Below, piece by piece: positions 20,166 through 30,189 of a DNA stretch of 64,000 nt (position 1 is the stretch's first letter; the number at the start of each line of letters is the position of its first letter). The stretch lies in NCBI GenBank assembly GCA_963771885.1, contig CAVYVF010000002.1:320001-384000 (forward strand), given 5' to 3'. The stretch is from Candidatus Bathyarchaeota archaeon. Lineage in GTDB: Archaea; Thermoproteota; Bathyarchaeia; TCS64. The notes below the pieces were generated by a model, which made no database searches, was not told the DNA's origin, and was given only the letters and a program-made list of their open reading frames with translations. The position numbers were made by a program, and so were the translations under genes.

Positions 20166-20891
20166 ATGGCAGAGACGAGGGTACGCGAACTAAAGTATAG
20201 GATGATGATCACCGATCTGCTAAAGGTCGCGAGCGAGAGCCACACCTATCAGGAACTCTCCGACTACCTCGGCCTCAGCCCGCCAATACTCAGCAGGTAC
20301 ATGAGGGGGCACGTCCTACCCAGCTACGACAGGGCTCAAGGCTTATACGAAAAGCTTATGGAGATTACCGATATCAAGGCGGAGTTGAAGAAGAGAATCA
20401 ACTTCGACGAGGAAGGCTACTTCGACAACACTCCCCTTGTGGCTGAGATCACTTGGCTTAAGATCATGGCGAACTACGCGATGGAAAAGTTCGCCGGGCG
20501 CCGCGTCACGAAGGTTCTCACGGCAGCCGTCGACGGCATACCAGTTTCCACCCTAGTCGCTAACCTACTTGACGTAGACCTTCTCGTTGCGAAGGAAACT
20601 AAGGAAGTCGGCATCAACGACTTCCTTGAAGAGTCCTTTATTCCCAAGGGCTCTGCAATGAGGAAAACGATGTACGTCCCCAAGGCGAGCCTCAAGAAGA
20701 AGGACAGTATTCTCATCATCGATGACGTGGTTCGTAGCGGCGAGACGATCAAGGCACTCGTCGATCTAGTGAGGAACCAACGCGCGGATATCGCGGGCAT
20801 CTACATACTCGTTGCAGTTGGTGACGAGTGGAAAAAGGACCTCGGCGAGATCATAAGCAAAGAGTCCTTTGAGGTCCTCATAGAACTGTAA
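20166..20891 (+). CDS. HTH plus phosphoribosyltransferase-domain protein (PurR/Apt-like)
   Basis: TYQELSDYLGLSPPILSRY HTH; ILIIDDVVRSGET PRPP-binding loop. Confidence 0.85.
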   Translation: MAETRVRELKYRMMITDLLKVASESHTYQELSDYLGLSPPILSRYMRGHVLPSYDRAQGLYEKLMEITDIKAELKKRINFDEEGYFDNTPLVAEITWLKIMANYAMEKFAGRRVTKVLTAAVDGIPVSTLVANLLDVDLLVAKETKEVGINDFLEESFIPKGSAMRKTMYVPKASLKKKDSILIIDDVVRSGETIKALVDLVRNQRADIAGIYILVAVGDEWKKDLGEIISKESFEVLIEL

Positions 20892-21166
20892 TCGGGTCAA
20901 GTTTTACTCCCGAATATATTCAGCATTCTTTTTAAAACAAATCTACCCTAGACTCCATATCTCTTGGTTGAAATGTGCCTGAAACGTGTCCATTTTAATA
21001 CGTGACCGCCACGTATTCTGTAGGAAAGTGAAACCGGGTGATTCATCAAGTTACGCCAGCCACGAGGCACACATATCACTCAAATGCCCAACATAAGGAG
21101 AGGGATGGAACTGTGAGCTTCAGGAACGTTTTTATGAACCAACCCCGGCTAACTTGAGGCGATGCG

Positions 21167-21742
21167 ATGTTCAACCTCATAACCCTGAAGGACACCATCA
21201 GGATAAGCCCGAATAAATTCGACAAGCCCCTTGACAGCGCAGCCTACGAGGAGCTACGTGGCAAGTACGAGGGACTCGTTGACGAGGACCTCGGCTACGT
21301 CATCTCCGTGAACAAGGTTGAGGTCAACCCGGTTGGACGCATCGTCCCCGGCGACGGCGGAACTCACCACCAGGTCACGTTCAGCATCATGACGTTCTTC
21401 CCTCAGCTACAGGAGATCGTCGAGGGTGAGGTCGTCGAGGTCGCAGACTTCGGAACCTTCCTCAGGGTAGGCCCCGTCGACGCTCTGCTCCACGTCAGCC
21501 AGCTCATGGACGACTTCATAAGCTACGACGAGAGGCAAGGCGTGCTCCTAGGCAAGGAGAGTGGGCGCACTATCCAGAGGGGTGACCTCTTCAGGGTGAG
21601 GATGGTCGCGGTAAGCTTCCCAAAGGGACGTAGCTCAGGTAAGATAGGAGTCACGGCGCGCCAGCCAATGTTGGGCAAGCTAAACTGGATTGAAGACGAG
21701 GTTGACGCCATGAACGCGCCGAAAGAGGAGAAGAAGAAGTAA
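21167..21742 (+). CDS. rpo7: RNA polymerase subunit E' (Rpo7)
   Basis: PGDGG, EGEVVEVADFG, GPVDALLHVSQLMDD, RQPMLGKLNWI. Confidence 0.96.
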   Translation: MFNLITLKDTIRISPNKFDKPLDSAAYEELRGKYEGLVDEDLGYVISVNKVEVNPVGRIVPGDGGTHHQVTFSIMTFFPQLQEIVEGEVVEVADFGTFLRVGPVDALLHVSQLMDDFISYDERQGVLLGKESGRTIQRGDLFRVRMVAVSFPKGRSSGKIGVTARQPMLGKLNWIEDEVDAMNAPKEEKKK

Positions 21743-21927
21743 TGCCCGCAAAGGCCTGCAGAACCTGCAAGATCATAACGACCGAGAACGTCTGCCCGAA
21801 CTGCAAGGGCTCGGAGCTCAGCGAGGACTACCTCGGATTCGTAATCATACTCGACCCTTCTAAGAGCCAGCTGGCTGAGAAGATGAGCATCGAAGAGGCG
21901 GGGCAGTACGCCCTCAAGATCCGTTAA
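21742..21927 (+). CDS. spt4: Transcription elongation factor Spt4 (RpoE'')
   Basis: ACRTC..CPNC, GFVIILDPSKSQLA, GQYAL. Confidence 0.95.
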   Translation: MPAKACRTCKIITTENVCPNCKGSELSEDYLGFVIILDPSKSQLAEKMSIEEAGQYALKIR

Positions 21928-21961
21928 ACACCCCGGTCCGAAGCCCCTCCAGATCAAGACT

Positions 21962-22465
21962 CTGCTTCTCCCCGAATCCATGCGCGACGAGCTGAAGGCT
22001 CCGCTCGGGGAACTGCTCCGTGGTGAGCCAAGTGATACGGCTGCCGCTATCAAGAAATGTTTCCGCATCAAACCCCCCATGTTCGCGATAGTCGGCGACT
22101 TCGTCGCAGCAAACCTCATCGCCGCTGGCTTCTCCCCTGATATCGTCGTAGTTGATAACAAGACGCTGCGGGTGGAGGTCGAACCCGTTAAACACGGCAT
22201 GAAGGAGGTTCACGTTTTGAACCCGGCCGCATCAATCGACGCAGAAGCCTGGCTCCTCCTGCGCGGCGCGGTAACGCTTAAAAGGCGGGTAGCGGTAGTC
22301 GTGGAAGGTGAAGAGGACCTGCTGGTCCTCCCGCTGTTGGCTGAGATGCCCGTCGGATCGGTGATAGCCTACGGCCAGCCCCATGAGGGGCTTGTTGTAG
22401 TAACCGTCTCCGATGAGAGGCGGGACTGGGCACGTAGATTCCTCAACCGAATGGAGATGAAATAG
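21962..22465 (+). CDS. GTP-dependent dephospho-CoA kinase (DUF359)
   Basis: LPESMRDELKAPLG, VGD, VDNKT, GEEDLLVLP, YGQPHEG; conserved position after spt4; start uncertain (ATG at 21980). Confidence 0.88.
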   Translation: MLLPESMRDELKAPLGELLRGEPSDTAAAIKKCFRIKPPMFAIVGDFVAANLIAAGFSPDIVVVDNKTLRVEVEPVKHGMKEVHVLNPAASIDAEAWLLLRGAVTLKRRVAVVVEGEEDLLVLPLLAEMPVGSVIAYGQPHEGLVVVTVSDERRDWARRFLNRMEMK

Positions 22466-22468
22466 ACT

Positions 22469-22810
22469 GTGAAGCTGGAGTTAACATCCACCAGGATCAA
22501 CAAGGTGGTTGGCAGGAAGGAGCTCTCATTCAAGATAGATGAGGCATCCACTCCGAGCAGAGCCGACGTAAGACGTGACATCGCCGTCCTCATGAGGACG
22601 GATCCCGACAACGTCTACGTCCGCGTGCTCAATACGAAGACCGGCACACGGATAGTCACGGGCCTCGCCCACGTCTATAACGACGCGGCGACAGCGCTCA
22701 CTGTGGAGCCGAAGCACATTATAACGCGCAACAAGGGCAAGGAGGCTGCGAAGGCTGAAGAAAAGCCCGCAGCAGCCGCCGCCCCAGCCGCTGAGGAGGA
22801 GAAGAAGTAA
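22469..22810 (+). CDS. rps24e: 30S ribosomal protein eS24
   Basis: [26 protein letters not shown]. Confidence 0.93.
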   Translation: MKLELTSTRINKVVGRKELSFKIDEASTPSRADVRRDIAVLMRTDPDNVYVRVLNTKTGTRIVTGLAHVYNDAATALTVEPKHIITRNKGKEAAKAEEKPAAAAAPAAEEEKK

Positions 22811-23052
22811 TGTCACAGGCACCACCACCCGCTGGCAAGAAACCCGCAGCAGGCGACAAGAAGCCCGTCGAGAAGAAGGCGCCAAAGCACGTCGACTCGA
22901 TCTATAAGAAATACGAGATCAAGGACGGCAAGCTTGAGCGCAAGAGACCCTTCTGCAACAGGTGTGGACGCGGCTACTTCATGGCCGACCACGGTAACCG
23001 CTACACGTGCGGGAACTGCGGGTTCACCATGTTCAAGAACAAATCCGAGTAG
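22810..23052 (+). CDS. rps27ae: 30S ribosomal protein eS31 (S27ae)
   Basis: [23 protein letters not shown]. Confidence 0.95.
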   Translation: MSQAPPPAGKKPAAGDKKPVEKKAPKHVDSIYKKYEIKDGKLERKRPFCNRCGRGYFMADHGNRYTCGNCGFTMFKNKSE

Positions 23053-23080
23053 CCCCCTTTTTTCACTTCTTCCAGTTTTT
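23053..23080 (+). terminator. Oligo-U terminator candidate
   Basis: Pyrimidine/T-rich run immediately after the rps27ae stop. Confidence 0.45.
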
Positions 23081-23118
23081 CGCAACCCCTTTAATAGGTT
23101 TCACACAATCTTCCAGCC

Positions 23119-23268
23119 ATGATCAAAATGGTATCCAGTGGCATCCTCGATGACCCTCTCATATCCTTCCTACTCGGGCTGATCGTCGTAGTCGTCATCG
23201 GCTTCATCCTGCGAGGCTATCTAACCAAGAAGGAAAGAGTAATCTTAACCGGTCTATTCTTTCTTTAA
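23119..23268 (+). CDS. Small single-pass membrane protein (below ORF-track cutoff)
   Basis: MIKMVSSGILDDPLISFLLGLIVVVVIGFILRGYLTKKE...; host-like codon usage, TTTAAT upstream. Confidence 0.55.
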   Translation: MIKMVSSGILDDPLISFLLGLIVVVVIGFILRGYLTKKERVILTGLFFL

Positions 23269-23502
23269 TCTTCTTTACATGTGGGTACAGTTTGATGTTC
23301 ATTTTTCTGCATTTTTACATCAGCTTACATACATTTTCATGTATCTCCGATCGTAATTGGCGTTTTTCTCATCTCTCTTACAGGTAATAGGTTGCAGGGT
23401 TCTTATTTTGACTCCCTCTCCGGCGTATATTCCTCTTGGTTCAGTGAATGATGAGCCCGAAGGGGTTAAATTCCCAACTCTAAGCCTCATCTATCGACAG
23501 TT

Positions 23503-23799
23503 ATGTTTGAGATCGAGAAGATCGAGGTCGACGGCAAGACCTTCCACGGCATGAAGTCTACCCTCCCCGAGAATGCGCCACCGCTTCTCCTGATAAAAGG
23601 GGTGAAGGGTTACGTTATGTGCGGCTACCTCAACCTCGAGGCGGCGGAGAAATTTGGTTCCGCAGCAGCGATCGTCAGCGGCGTCAAGACTTTCGAGGAT
23701 GTCCTCAACGCTCCAATAAAGGCGGCGACGATAAAGGCGAAGGGCCTCGGACTCGAGCCGGGCAAGGTCGTCAGAGACGTTATAGCCGCACTCGGCTAG
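23503..23799 (+). CDS. YunC/DUF1805 family protein
   Basis: PLLLIKGVKGYVMCGYLN, AAIVSGVKTFEDVL. Confidence 0.88.
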   Translation: MFEIEKIEVDGKTFHGMKSTLPENAPPLLLIKGVKGYVMCGYLNLEAAEKFGSAAAIVSGVKTFEDVLNAPIKAATIKAKGLGLEPGKVVRDVIAALG

Positions 23800-24449
23800 A
23801 CGCCAACCAGCTTCTCTACTTCCTTCTTTCCGTTCTTTAAATAATTCTTTCCGTGTGCGAGGAGGAGTATGTCAAAGTCGTAGTCTAGAAGCTTCTTTAT
23901 CTCCCTTGCCGCCATCTCGCCGTCTCTACTGTACTTAGCCGGCGGTGTATAGAGGTGCCCCTCGTCGTCTCCGAATATTGTGTCGCCGACTATCATCGCC
24001 TTCTCGCCTCTGAGGTAGAATGTTAAGTTACCGTCGCTATGCCCGGGGACACTTATCGCCTCTATCCCCCCGCAGGCATCGATGACGTCCCCCTGCTCCA
24101 GCCCCATGTCCGCCTCGACTCCCGTCTCGTCTAGCAGTCTCTCGACGTCGCCTTCGCCGATCATGACCTCGGGATGACCCGTGAGGTCGAGGACCCTGGG
24201 CAGGTTCTCTATGTGGTCGCCGTGGGCGTGCGTGATGAGTATCAATTTAACGTTCTCCCACTTCTTCCCTATCTCCGATAGCTCAGCCTCGATGTTGGCG
24301 ATGCAGAGCGGTGTGAAGCCTACGTCGATGAGTATTAGCCCTCCATCGCAGATAAGTATGTAGACCTTAGTGCTAAGCCCGTCGGCCTTCTCCACCTCGA
24401 CCTCACGAATCTTATCAGTGATTTTTGTCAATTCTATATCCCTACTCAT
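23796..24449 (-). CDS. Metallo-beta-lactamase fold hydrolase
   Basis: THAHGDH, PGHSDG, GD, AHG. Confidence 0.88.
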   Translation of the reverse strand: MSRDIELTKITDKIREVEVEKADGLSTKVYILICDGGLILIDVGFTPLCIANIEAELSEIGKKWENVKLILITHAHGDHIENLPRVLDLTGHPEVMIGEGDVERLLDETGVEADMGLEQGDVIDACGGIEAISVPGHSDGNLTFYLRGEKAMIVGDTIFGDDEGHLYTPPAKYSRDGEMAAREIKKLLDYDFDILLLAHGKNYLKNGKKEVEKLVGV

Positions 24450-24657
24450 TTAGCAACTCGACTATCTTCGTAGTTGACGTTGCCCCTGAGACGAGCCTCG
24501 CCTGTCTGCCGAAGTGCTTCTTGAGAATCTTAAGCACTGCTTGATTTGCCTTGCCTTTCTGTCGGGGCTCTTTGACGGTGACGAGATAGTGATCGGTATC
24601 TATCTCTTCAACCGACTCTTGGCGGGAACCAGCCTTAACGTCGACGGTGATCCTCAA
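24442..24657 (-). CDS. DUF167/UPF0235 family protein
   Basis: VTVKEP..GKAN..V...L, LVSGATS..K. Confidence 0.85.
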   Translation of the reverse strand: MRITVDVKAGSRQESVEEIDTDHYLVTVKEPRQKGKANQAVLKILKKHFGRQARLVSGATSTTKIVELLNE

Positions 24658-24705
24658 GACTGATGAATTATTAATGCGGTTGGTTAAAAGTAGATACTGT
24701 CGGCT

Positions 24706-25128
24706 CTACTCATCGTTGAGAGCCTCTTTTGCGGCCTCCCTCGTTTGGTCTGGGAAGTCCTTCATGAGGCTCTTGAGTACGACCTTGGCCACGTGCTTCT
24801 TGAAGCCCTCCTCGTCGAGGCCCGTGAAGTACTTCCTTCGGGTTCCACCCTTACAGGTCTCCTCCTCGAACTTGAGGACTCCCTCATCGCACATGTCGTT
24901 AAGGAAGTTGATTATTGACGCCCGGGAGATGGTCTTGCTGCCCAGTGAGCGGTTCACAGCCTGGTAAACCTCGCGTGAGGTCATGCCATTGTTGTCGCTG
25001 TTCCATATAATCTGCAGCGCCTCGATCTGATAGTCCCTTAGGACCTTCTCGAGGCCTTTTTTAGAAGGATCGATGACGATTGTCAAGTTTAAGCGCACCT
25101 GAACGCCGTCTAAGTTCAGCCCACACAT
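24706..25128 (-). CDS. Winged-helix regulator (BlaI/MecI/CopY-like)
   Basis: ALQIIW, TSREVY, SRASIINFLNDM..EGVL, GG.RRKY; start approximate. Confidence 0.7.
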   Translation of the reverse strand: MCGLNLDGVQVRLNLTIVIDPSKKGLEKVLRDYQIEALQIIWNSDNNGMTSREVYQAVNRSLGSKTISRASIINFLNDMCDEGVLKFEEETCKGGTRRKYFTGLDEEGFKKHVAKVVLKSLMKDFPDQTREAAKEALNDE

Positions 25129-25150
25129 ATAAAAGAATTAGGTTAGTCTA

Positions 25151-25585
25151 CTAGTATAGTGTTCGTTTAATTTTAGTTAGTACATGTTTCTCCAGTGAGT
25201 AGCACTGGAATGTTCCGGTGAACACCTTCTTTCCCTCCACTGTCACGTCTACGTTTACCTCGCTTTTTATGCCATCCATGTTTTTCACGGTCGCTTCGGC
25301 CCTCATCTTATCACAAGTCGCGACGGGGGCTAGGAACTTTGTCTGAGCCGAACCGAGGACGACGTTGGGGTGGTTGACGGCGAGCATAGCGGCGTAGTCA
25401 GCCAAGCCAAAGGTAAAGCCGCCGTGAGTGAGACCCGAGGCATCCGCCTCCATCTCGGGGGTCGCTGTGAGCTCCACAATGGCCTTTGAGCCGCCGACGA
25501 CCTCGACTGGCGTACCGACAAGCATACCAGAAATCTTATCGTGTGTCCTTATCTCCAAACCTACTCGCAAACCATTCTTTACCAT
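25151..25585 (-). CDS. PaaI-family thioesterase
   Basis: GLTHGGFTFGLADYAAM hot-dog motif. Confidence 0.88.
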   Translation of the reverse strand: MVKNGLRVGLEIRTHDKISGMLVGTPVEVVGGSKAIVELTATPEMEADASGLTHGGFTFGLADYAAMLAVNHPNVVLGSAQTKFLAPVATCDKMRAEATVKNMDGIKSEVNVDVTVEGKKVFTGTFQCYSLEKHVLTKIKRTLY

Positions 25586-25627
25586 ACAGTGTTAAAAACC
25601 CAAGCATGGACGTTAAGGGGACTAGGC

Positions 25628-26542
25628 TTGAAACTCGTTACATATCGTTCGGGTAAAGCTGTTAGTATAGGCGTCGTCGTCGGCGACGACGTACTCGACC
25701 TCAACGCGGCGTTCAAGGCGCACCTCGGCGGATCCTTCAAGGGCCAAAAGGTTACGCCCCTTGATATGCTCGGGCTCCTCGACATGGGCGCTAAGGGTCT
25801 CGCCGAGGTGAAAAAGGCGGTCAAGGCTGCGGAGGGCTCCAAGTACCTTACATCCCTCAAGAAGGCGAAGCTGATGGCCCCCATCCCACGCCCAAGGAAG
25901 AACATCGTCTGCCTTGGCCTCAACTACGCTGAGCACGTAAAAGAGGGGAAAAGTGCCGGCGCAACGCCTAACCTGCCCCCTGTCCCGATCTACTTCACAA
26001 AACCCGCAACATCCGTCACGGGACCATACGACGACATAGTCTACCCCAAGGTAACAGAGAAGCTCGACTACGAGGCCGAACTCGCCTTCGTCATCGGTAA
26101 GAAGGGGAAGAATATCCCCGAGGAAAAAGTCTACGACTACATCGCAGGCTACATGGCATTCGACGACGTCTCAGCGCGTGATCTACAAAAGAACCACCAG
26201 CAGTGGTACAGGGGGAAGAGCATCGATACCTTCGCCCCAATGGGCCCCTACCTCGTGACGAAGGACGAGGTCGGTGACCCCCAGGACCTCGACCTCTGGT
26301 GCAAGGTAAACGGCGTCGAGAGGCAGCACACTAACACAAGCGACATGATCTTTAACATCAAGAAGATCGTGTCGGTGCTCTCAGCCGGCATCACCCTCGA
26401 GGTCGGAGACATCTTCGCCACGGGCACACCCTCAGGCGTAGGCACGGCGCACCCACTCGGCCTCCTTAAGCCCGGCGACGTGGTTGAGGTCGGTGTCGAG
26501 AACATCGGCGTCATAAAGAACAAGGTAGTAGCCGAGAAGTAG
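25628..26542 (+). CDS. Fumarylacetoacetate hydrolase family protein
   Basis: CLGLNYAEH, FTKP, DYEAEL, DVSARDLQ, GKSIDTFAPMGP, ATGTPSGVG. Confidence 0.92.
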   Translation: MKLVTYRSGKAVSIGVVVGDDVLDLNAAFKAHLGGSFKGQKVTPLDMLGLLDMGAKGLAEVKKAVKAAEGSKYLTSLKKAKLMAPIPRPRKNIVCLGLNYAEHVKEGKSAGATPNLPPVPIYFTKPATSVTGPYDDIVYPKVTEKLDYEAELAFVIGKKGKNIPEEKVYDYIAGYMAFDDVSARDLQKNHQQWYRGKSIDTFAPMGPYLVTKDEVGDPQDLDLWCKVNGVERQHTNTSDMIFNIKKIVSVLSAGITLEVGDIFATGTPSGVGTAHPLGLLKPGDVVEVGVENIGVIKNKVVAEK

Positions 26543-26636
26543 CCCACAAAGGGCTCCTTTTCCGCGGTGCCCTATTCACCACTGAAACGGTTATAGACAC
26601 GTTTATATTGAGAGTATCTGGTTTGCTAGGTGTTTC

Positions 26637-26891
26637 ATGGTGGATACTTTGAGTGACAACGTCATGATAGGTCCCCCGAAGCTCACCCGCTTCGAGAGGG
26701 CAAGAATCGCAGGTGCACGCGCGCTACAAGTATCCCTCGGGGCTCCAATCCTCGTGGAACTCCCGGCAAAGATGAGCGACCCTATCGATATCGCCCTCGT
26801 GGAGATAAAGGCGGGCATTCTCCCCATGACGATCAGAAGGACTCTCCCAGACGGCTCCCACAAGGACATCGCTCTCGCAGATCTCAGTTAG
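26637..26891 (+). CDS. rpo6: RNA polymerase subunit K (Rpo6)
   Basis: [29 protein letters not shown]. Confidence 0.95.
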   Translation: MVDTLSDNVMIGPPKLTRFERARIAGARALQVSLGAPILVELPAKMSDPIDIALVEIKAGILPMTIRRTLPDGSHKDIALADLS

Positions 26892-26933
26892 CCGATGAAG
26901 CCTTTTTACCGGAGCACACGACTCCTTTAGGCG

Positions 26934-27149
26934 TTGAACAACCAAGACGTCGAGACATGGAAAATAACCGCCATCATCCTCGGCATAATATCCATAGCGA
27001 TGTTCCTCATCCAGAGGTCGAACTACATGTTTCTCGACGTGTTCTTCGAGTTCTGCATATTCCATGTCCCCGCGATAATCGCAGTTGGTGTCTACGTCTA
27101 TCTTAGAAAAACACCCAGCCTCGTCATCGAGGGCTTAAAGAGCGGTTAG
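26934..27149 (+). CDS. Small two-helix membrane protein
   Basis: Two hydrophobic stretches, fills the intergenic gap. Confidence 0.5.
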   Translation: MNNQDVETWKITAIILGIISIAMFLIQRSNYMFLDVFFEFCIFHVPAIIAVGVYVYLRKTPSLVIEGLKSG

Positions 27150-28315
27150 ACACTCCTCGTTTTAGTGATAGTTTCTGATACCTCGACACCACGCGCCCTA
27201 AGGCTGCTGAGAAGTTCCTCAAAGAGTTCGCCCTTGATTATCCTGACGGGCCACTGGATACCCTTCTTCGTCACAGCGCCGCGTGCGAGTATCCGGGCAA
27301 TGATGGCTGCAGTGAAGCCCGTCGTCTTCGCCATCGAAGTGACGTGGTGCTCCTCGTCGTACTCGTCCAACATCTCGTAGTTCACGTTTATATCCCGCCC
27401 ACCGCTTTTTCCCGAAGCGTTGACCTGTAGGACGGTTATATCCCTGTCCCCCGCCGCCTCATCAAACTTAATTATGGGGTAAATGAGCTCGTGGAAGAGG
27501 TCGACTGGGACGATCTCCCTACCCTGATAGACGATAGGTTTGTTGCCGATGACGCCGAGGTCAAGCAGGAACATGAGTTTATCGACGAATCCGCCGTACC
27601 TGATAGTCTTGCCGCGGAAGTTCTTGACATTCTTTTCTTGGCAGAGCTTGAGGAGGCTTGAAGGGAATCCATCGATGAACGCCTCCATCTCCGGGTACTG
27701 GTTGACGAAGATTCCTTCTACCTCGCTGTAGCGGTCCATCTCCTTGAGCTTCCCGTCGACGATCATAGGCACCTTGCCTGGGCGTATCGGCATCCTCGTG
27801 CCCCCGAAAACGATCTTGTAGTCGAGCGGGGGCTTCGGGTCCTTCGGCAGACCACCGCAGGCGAAGCTCACCTCATCGATCTCGTCCATATACTCCATCG
27901 CCTGCCCACAGAGGAGGTCGATGAGGCCCGGGTCGACGCCACACCCAGGTATCACGGTGATACCCGCCTTCTCTACCTCCATATAGATGTCTCCCTCCTG
28001 AGGATAGCCTCCTCCAGCGAGGTCAACTATGTTTGTCTTAGCCGCTATGGCCGCCTTGAGGGTGCCCATACTGAACTTGGCGGCTGTGGAGTTGACGACT
28101 ACGTCGTATCCCTTCATCGCAGCGACAAGCTGCTCGTGGCTCGTGATGTCGACCTTCCTCGTGTCGAACTTCCTGTTGTCAACGTACTTCGTCGCCGCGG
28201 CTAGCTTACCCTCATCGATGTCGCAGCCTGTGACCCTGACGGTCTCAGGGTCCTCGGCGCAGTCCTTGGCGACGGCGGGACCCATGAGCCCCATGCCCAG
28301 AACAAGGATCTTCAT
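27146..28315 (-). CDS. Saccharopine dehydrogenase / lysine 6-dehydrogenase family protein
   Basis: GMGLMG Rossmann, GCGVDPG, CGGLP..P.PPL.YK, KTIRY, TSMAKTTG. Confidence 0.85.
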   Translation of the reverse strand: MKILVLGMGLMGPAVAKDCAEDPETVRVTGCDIDEGKLAAATKYVDNRKFDTRKVDITSHEQLVAAMKGYDVVVNSTAAKFSMGTLKAAIAAKTNIVDLAGGGYPQEGDIYMEVEKAGITVIPGCGVDPGLIDLLCGQAMEYMDEIDEVSFACGGLPKDPKPPLDYKIVFGGTRMPIRPGKVPMIVDGKLKEMDRYSEVEGIFVNQYPEMEAFIDGFPSSLLKLCQEKNVKNFRGKTIRYGGFVDKLMFLLDLGVIGNKPIVYQGREIVPVDLFHELIYPIIKFDEAAGDRDITVLQVNASGKSGGRDINVNYEMLDEYDEEHHVTSMAKTTGFTAAIIARILARGAVTKKGIQWPVRIIKGELFEELLSSLRARGVEVSETITKTRSV

Positions 28316-28462
28316 GTCACAAACCTGAGTGTAGAAGCGTGGTAATCGTATTAACGGTTGCCTATGACACCCATCGTCTCACGTCGAAGATACTATCGTT
28401 TCATGACGAAGTGCTTAAATAGGCTTGGGACATTCAAGGAGCAAAACCGGAAGGATATAAAA

Positions 28463-29665
28463 GTGATCGACTTTTCGTTCACCGAAGAGCAGCAGCTTTT
28501 CCGCGAGTCCATCAAGGACTGGTTATCAAAGAACATGACCCTCGAGCAGGTCAGGGAGAATGACACGAAACACCAGATCCCCAAGAGCTACATGAAGGGG
28601 CTGGGTGACCTTGGCCTCCTCTGCCTGACGCTCCCCGAGGAGCACGGCGGCGCTGGCGCAGACTGGATCACGGCGACGATTGGCGCTGAGGAGCTCGGTT
28701 ACGCCGACATCAGCGTCGCGTCTCCCGTCTTCTACCTCGTCCAGGCTAGCTGGGGCTATGTAGTCGACAGATATGCCCAGGAGGCGGTTCGTGACGTCTG
28801 TCTGCGCAAGGCTGCGCGCGGTGAGTCCTTCATTGGCATCGGCGCTACGGAGCCCGGTGGCGGTAGCGACGTCGCCGCCTTCAAAACGATGATCAAGAAG
28901 AACGATGGTGGCTACGTTCTCAACGGTGAAAAGTGCTACATCAGTGGGACCGCCGAGGCGTCCGAGATGGGCGGAGGCTACTTCGTTTCCGGCTACACAG
29001 ACAGGCCAAAGGGCCACAAGGGGATGAGCGCATTATACATGCCGATCAACGCCTCCGGCGTCGAGATCACTAAGCGCTTCGACAACATGGGCAGGATGGC
29101 CATCAGCACGGGCGGCTTCAAGATGACCGACGTCCAGCTGCCCAAGGAGTATCTCCTCGGCGAGGAAGGCAGGGGCTTCTACTACACGATGGAGGGCTTC
29201 GACGCTGCGCGTGTCATGGTCTCAGCCAGCTGCATCGGCGCGGCGCAAAGGGCGCTGGAGCTCGGCATGGAGTACACAAAGCAGCGCATGGTATTCGGCC
29301 AGCCTATCGCCAAGTTCCAGGGCGTCCAATTCGACCTCGCCGACATGGCGGCGCACCACGAGGCCATCAAGAGCCTCGTCTACCGCACTGCTTGGATGCT
29401 CGACCAGAAGTACAAGACCGGTAAATTCGACGCCCTTACCGTCAATAAATACCTTGCCATGTGCAAGTACCTCGCACCCCACCACGCTCTCGATGTCTTC
29501 CGCAGAGTCCTCCTCATGATGGGGGCCTACGGCTACACGAAGGAATGTCCACTTGAGATGGGGCTTCGTGGCATCATGAGCTATTGCATCGGCGCCGAGG
29601 GCGCGGCGAATGTCCAGAAGGTCATCATCAGCCGCGAGACTTTGGGCCGCGAGTGGCGCGCCTAA
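28463..29665 (+). CDS. Acyl-CoA dehydrogenase
   Basis: DFSFTEEQ, PEEHGGAG, TEPGGGSD, LNGEKCYIS, LGEEGRGF, RMVFGQPI, GAYGY. Confidence 0.92.
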   Translation: MIDFSFTEEQQLFRESIKDWLSKNMTLEQVRENDTKHQIPKSYMKGLGDLGLLCLTLPEEHGGAGADWITATIGAEELGYADISVASPVFYLVQASWGYVVDRYAQEAVRDVCLRKAARGESFIGIGATEPGGGSDVAAFKTMIKKNDGGYVLNGEKCYISGTAEASEMGGGYFVSGYTDRPKGHKGMSALYMPINASGVEITKRFDNMGRMAISTGGFKMTDVQLPKEYLLGEEGRGFYYTMEGFDAARVMVSASCIGAAQRALELGMEYTKQRMVFGQPIAKFQGVQFDLADMAAHHEAIKSLVYRTAWMLDQKYKTGKFDALTVNKYLAMCKYLAPHHALDVFRRVLLMMGAYGYTKECPLEMGLRGIMSYCIGAEGAANVQKVIISRETLGREWRA

Positions 29666-29723
29666 GCCGGTTATCCTCATTTTAATATCCATCCTGGCAT
29701 CAACAGTTTACCGGTGTATTTGG

Positions 29724-30186
29724 ATGGACGCTTTTAGGGAGCATCTGGTAAAGTCGCTTAAGGGTGGACAGGCATTCGTCGACTACAAGACAGGGCTCTA
29801 CGGCGTGAAGCCGGAGCTACGAGGTGTGAGGCCGAAAAAGACTATACACTCCGCCTACGAGGAGCTGGAGCACATGCGCCGGGCGCAGGAAGACCTCTTA
29901 GACTTCGCCCTCGACCCCAACTGGAAGCCGACTGAGTGGCCCACAGGCTTCTGGCCCGAGCCCGGGCATAAGCCAACTGAGGAGGAGTGGAAGAAGTCGG
30001 TGGACGGCTTCTTCAAAGGGGCAGAGGAGGGCGCTTAAGCTGGCAAAGGACGAGGGGATTGACCTGCTCTCAATAGTACCCCAGACCGAGAACACCTACC
30101 TACGCGAACTCATGATAATCATCGAGCACAACGCCTACCACTATGGGAAGATACTCGACATAAGGAAGGGGTTGGGCGACTGGTGA
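29724..30186 (+). CDS. DinB-family protein; indel near 30020-30035
   Basis: HSAYEELEHMRRAQEDL, WP.GFWP, then TYLRELMIIIEHNAYHYGK in the next frame. Confidence 0.8.
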
Positions 30187-30189
30187 TAG

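Noticed and set aside
21020..21030. AGGAAAGT resembling the RNase P RNA conserved region
   Set aside because: Lacks the following CC and the other conserved regions; the gap is too short and AT-rich
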